This document shows positions 62,412 through 64,000 of a DNA stretch of 64,000 nucleotides, one piece after another (positions within the stretch are counted from its first letter, which is position 1; the number at the start of each line of letters is the position of its first letter). The translations under genes and the position numbers were made by a program. Location: the NCBI GenBank assembly GCA_038496445.1, contig JALMLS010000168.1:7879-71878 (forward strand), read 5' to 3'. Below the pieces are notes generated by a model. It was not told where the DNA came from and did not search any database. It was given only the letters and a program-made list of their open reading frames with translations. Source of the stretch: Trichosphaerium sp. ATCC 40318. Taxonomy: Eukaryota > Protista > Tubulinea.

Positions 62412-63301
62412 TCAATTCACTCCTAACTTCTTTAAATGATCTTCAACATCACGTGTAAGCACAGAATTAGGGAGGTTGGTTCTAATATAATCTAGTATAT
62501 CAGGTGGGGGGTTGTAACAGTACGGCTTATACATAATATCATGCCACAGATACGAAAAGCACTCTTTACCTCGAACATGTTCAAAATCACCTGGATTTTC
62601 CATGAATCTATTTTCAAAAAAATCAACCGTCATGGACACGTGCTACAACATAAAAATAGTGTAGCATTTTGCGCTTGTTCCCGTACTGCATGTAGTTGTA
62701 TTCATCCGTAGAGATATCATTTGTAAAGTCCATACCAGTGTCATCATAGATTGGTAAATAAACATTAGGATGTTCCTTCAAGTACTCTTCTCCTCTGGCA
62801 ACAACTTGGTTTGTCAAGTATTTCTGTAAACAGTACATTTTTGATAACTCTTCTACTGTTTTCTGAGCCATTATGGTATGTACTGCCTCCTGTGCTAACG
62901 TTGATGGTTAGAAGAATAATGTACAGTCTTGGTGGACCGACGAAACCATAAAAACAGTGTTGCGGTGTTTTACGGGGAAGAGAGGTACATTGTTCTGTGT
63001 GGTACGTACATTGATGCTTCCAATCCAAGGTAGCGATGAAACGCCAATAAGAATCGATCTCCCTTCGCGTGTAGGTAGCATAGCGGTATTTTTCACGAGT
63101 CTTATTGAACTCTGCATCTAGTTTGCGTTCTTCTACAATTATTGCTCTGCGCTTCATTGTGAGGTTAGCCATACGCAAAGAAACCCGTCCAAACTCTAAA
63201 TAAGAGTCTTCGGAGACATGCTCGAGGATAACACACCACAACTCAGTTGGAAGGGATGAATTATCTATTTCGGTTGTATAAGATCGCTTTGCGGCTGACA
63301 T
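62412..63301 (-). CDS. F-box protein with DUF4240-like C-terminal domain
   Basis: F-box 'SSLPTELWCVILEHV'; spliced 'YWRFIATLDW...YDDTGMDFTNDI..YMQ|FMENP..KECFSYLW'; two introns join three ORFs. Confidence 0.7.
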
Positions 63302-64000
63302 TTACGAGTTGTGTTGGTAATAGCGCCAAAAAGAAGTTTCAATTCGAAGAAAAGCGGCTCTCAGTGCTAGTTCTGGTGTCGATTTTCGTTGTTTTTGCTC
63401 TACTTCTGAAAAACCACGTGCCATTGTTAAAAGTCCATGAACAATAAAAATAAACGGGTTCAGGTTGGTTTGTTTATAATCAGTATACAGTCCTATTGAG
63501 AGTGGGTCGCCTTAAGGTAGGAAGCTCCAGACTATTTTAGGGTACAGCTGAAAACTCACTACTTTTTGGTTCTCACTAAAGAGCAAACCCGCTCAAGCTA
63601 TCTAATAGCGCTCTGAATGTTAATAGTATATTGTATGATATCTATGGATCGCCGTAAAAAGCAGTTTAAGCATTGTTCGTTGTGTATGCGTTTAACCACG
63701 CTGAAATAACAGTGAAACTATTGTTTATCATGATCGTATGCTGGTTTTCGGTTTTAAAACGACACGTGAGCGAGCGTGACGGAGGAAATTACAAAAGTTG
63801 GCATGAAAATGGGTGAGTTCAGGTGTGGTATGTACGTTAACAACATGAAAGAAAGAGTACACAAAGAGTGCCTACAACCGCAATACACATGTACAAACAG
63901 TTTATAAAAATGATAAGCCTGTAAATCAGTAGCTAATCACATAGACCACACTCTACACAAATCATACTTTATTATTATATGATATGGCCTTGTAGTTTTC

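Larger units (their letters stand above)
505..63768. promoter_or_regulatory. Dispersed CACGTG (E-box/G-box) palindromes, about 63 sites, often (A)TCACGTG(A)
   Basis: Manual count. Examples upstream of ATGs: 10345, 15163, 19599, 23410, 34597, 59620, 63415. Intronic examples: 1566, 3140, 5516, 6372, 6567, 7835, 7848, 24069, 24396, 25036, 29513, 35281, 51668, 55712. Function is inferred. Confidence 0.6.

Noticed and set aside
1-64000. Stop-codon reassignment or a prokaryotic/viral origin to explain the fragmented ORFs
   Set aside because: Conserved proteins are restored by GT/GC-AG intron removal under the standard code; TAA, TAG and TGA all serve as terminal stops.

Overview
AT-rich, gene-dense eukaryotic DNA with many short spliceosomal introns (mostly 40-110 nt; roughly 150 by my rough tally). 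It reads in the standard code once introns are removed. Gene content, especially a GbpC/GbpD-type cNB-GRAM-cNB module, suggests an amoebozoan protist (inference). I reconstructed about 27 genes by hand, including a PH/RBD-like adaptor, LolA/ependymin-like EGF membrane protein, ADP-ribosylglycohydrolase, KCTD-type BTB, COMT, two intronless F-box/LRR genes plus relics, a DH-PH-MORN-cNB-GRAM-cNB protein, a tandem pair of secreted Cys/Pro-Thr proteins, GNAT, EF-hand/GATase-like fusion, Rab-like pseudo-GTPase, bacterial-type desaturase, nuclear EVE/PUA-like protein, Kelch, SRPBCC, atypical Ras, sulfatase and F-box/DUF4240-like protein. Three non-genic signals stand out. (1) The palindrome CACGTG occurs about 63 times versus about 7 expected, mostly in introns and promoters. 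(2) At least 7 GC-AG introns are implied; five start GCACGT and four of these start GCACGTG, placing the palindrome at the donor. (3) A ~1 kb non-coding repeat with a near-identical ~540 bp core occurs four times, always between divergently transcribed genes. No rRNA, tRNA or CRISPR array was found. Exon boundaries and domain calls are manual motif recognition, not database results.
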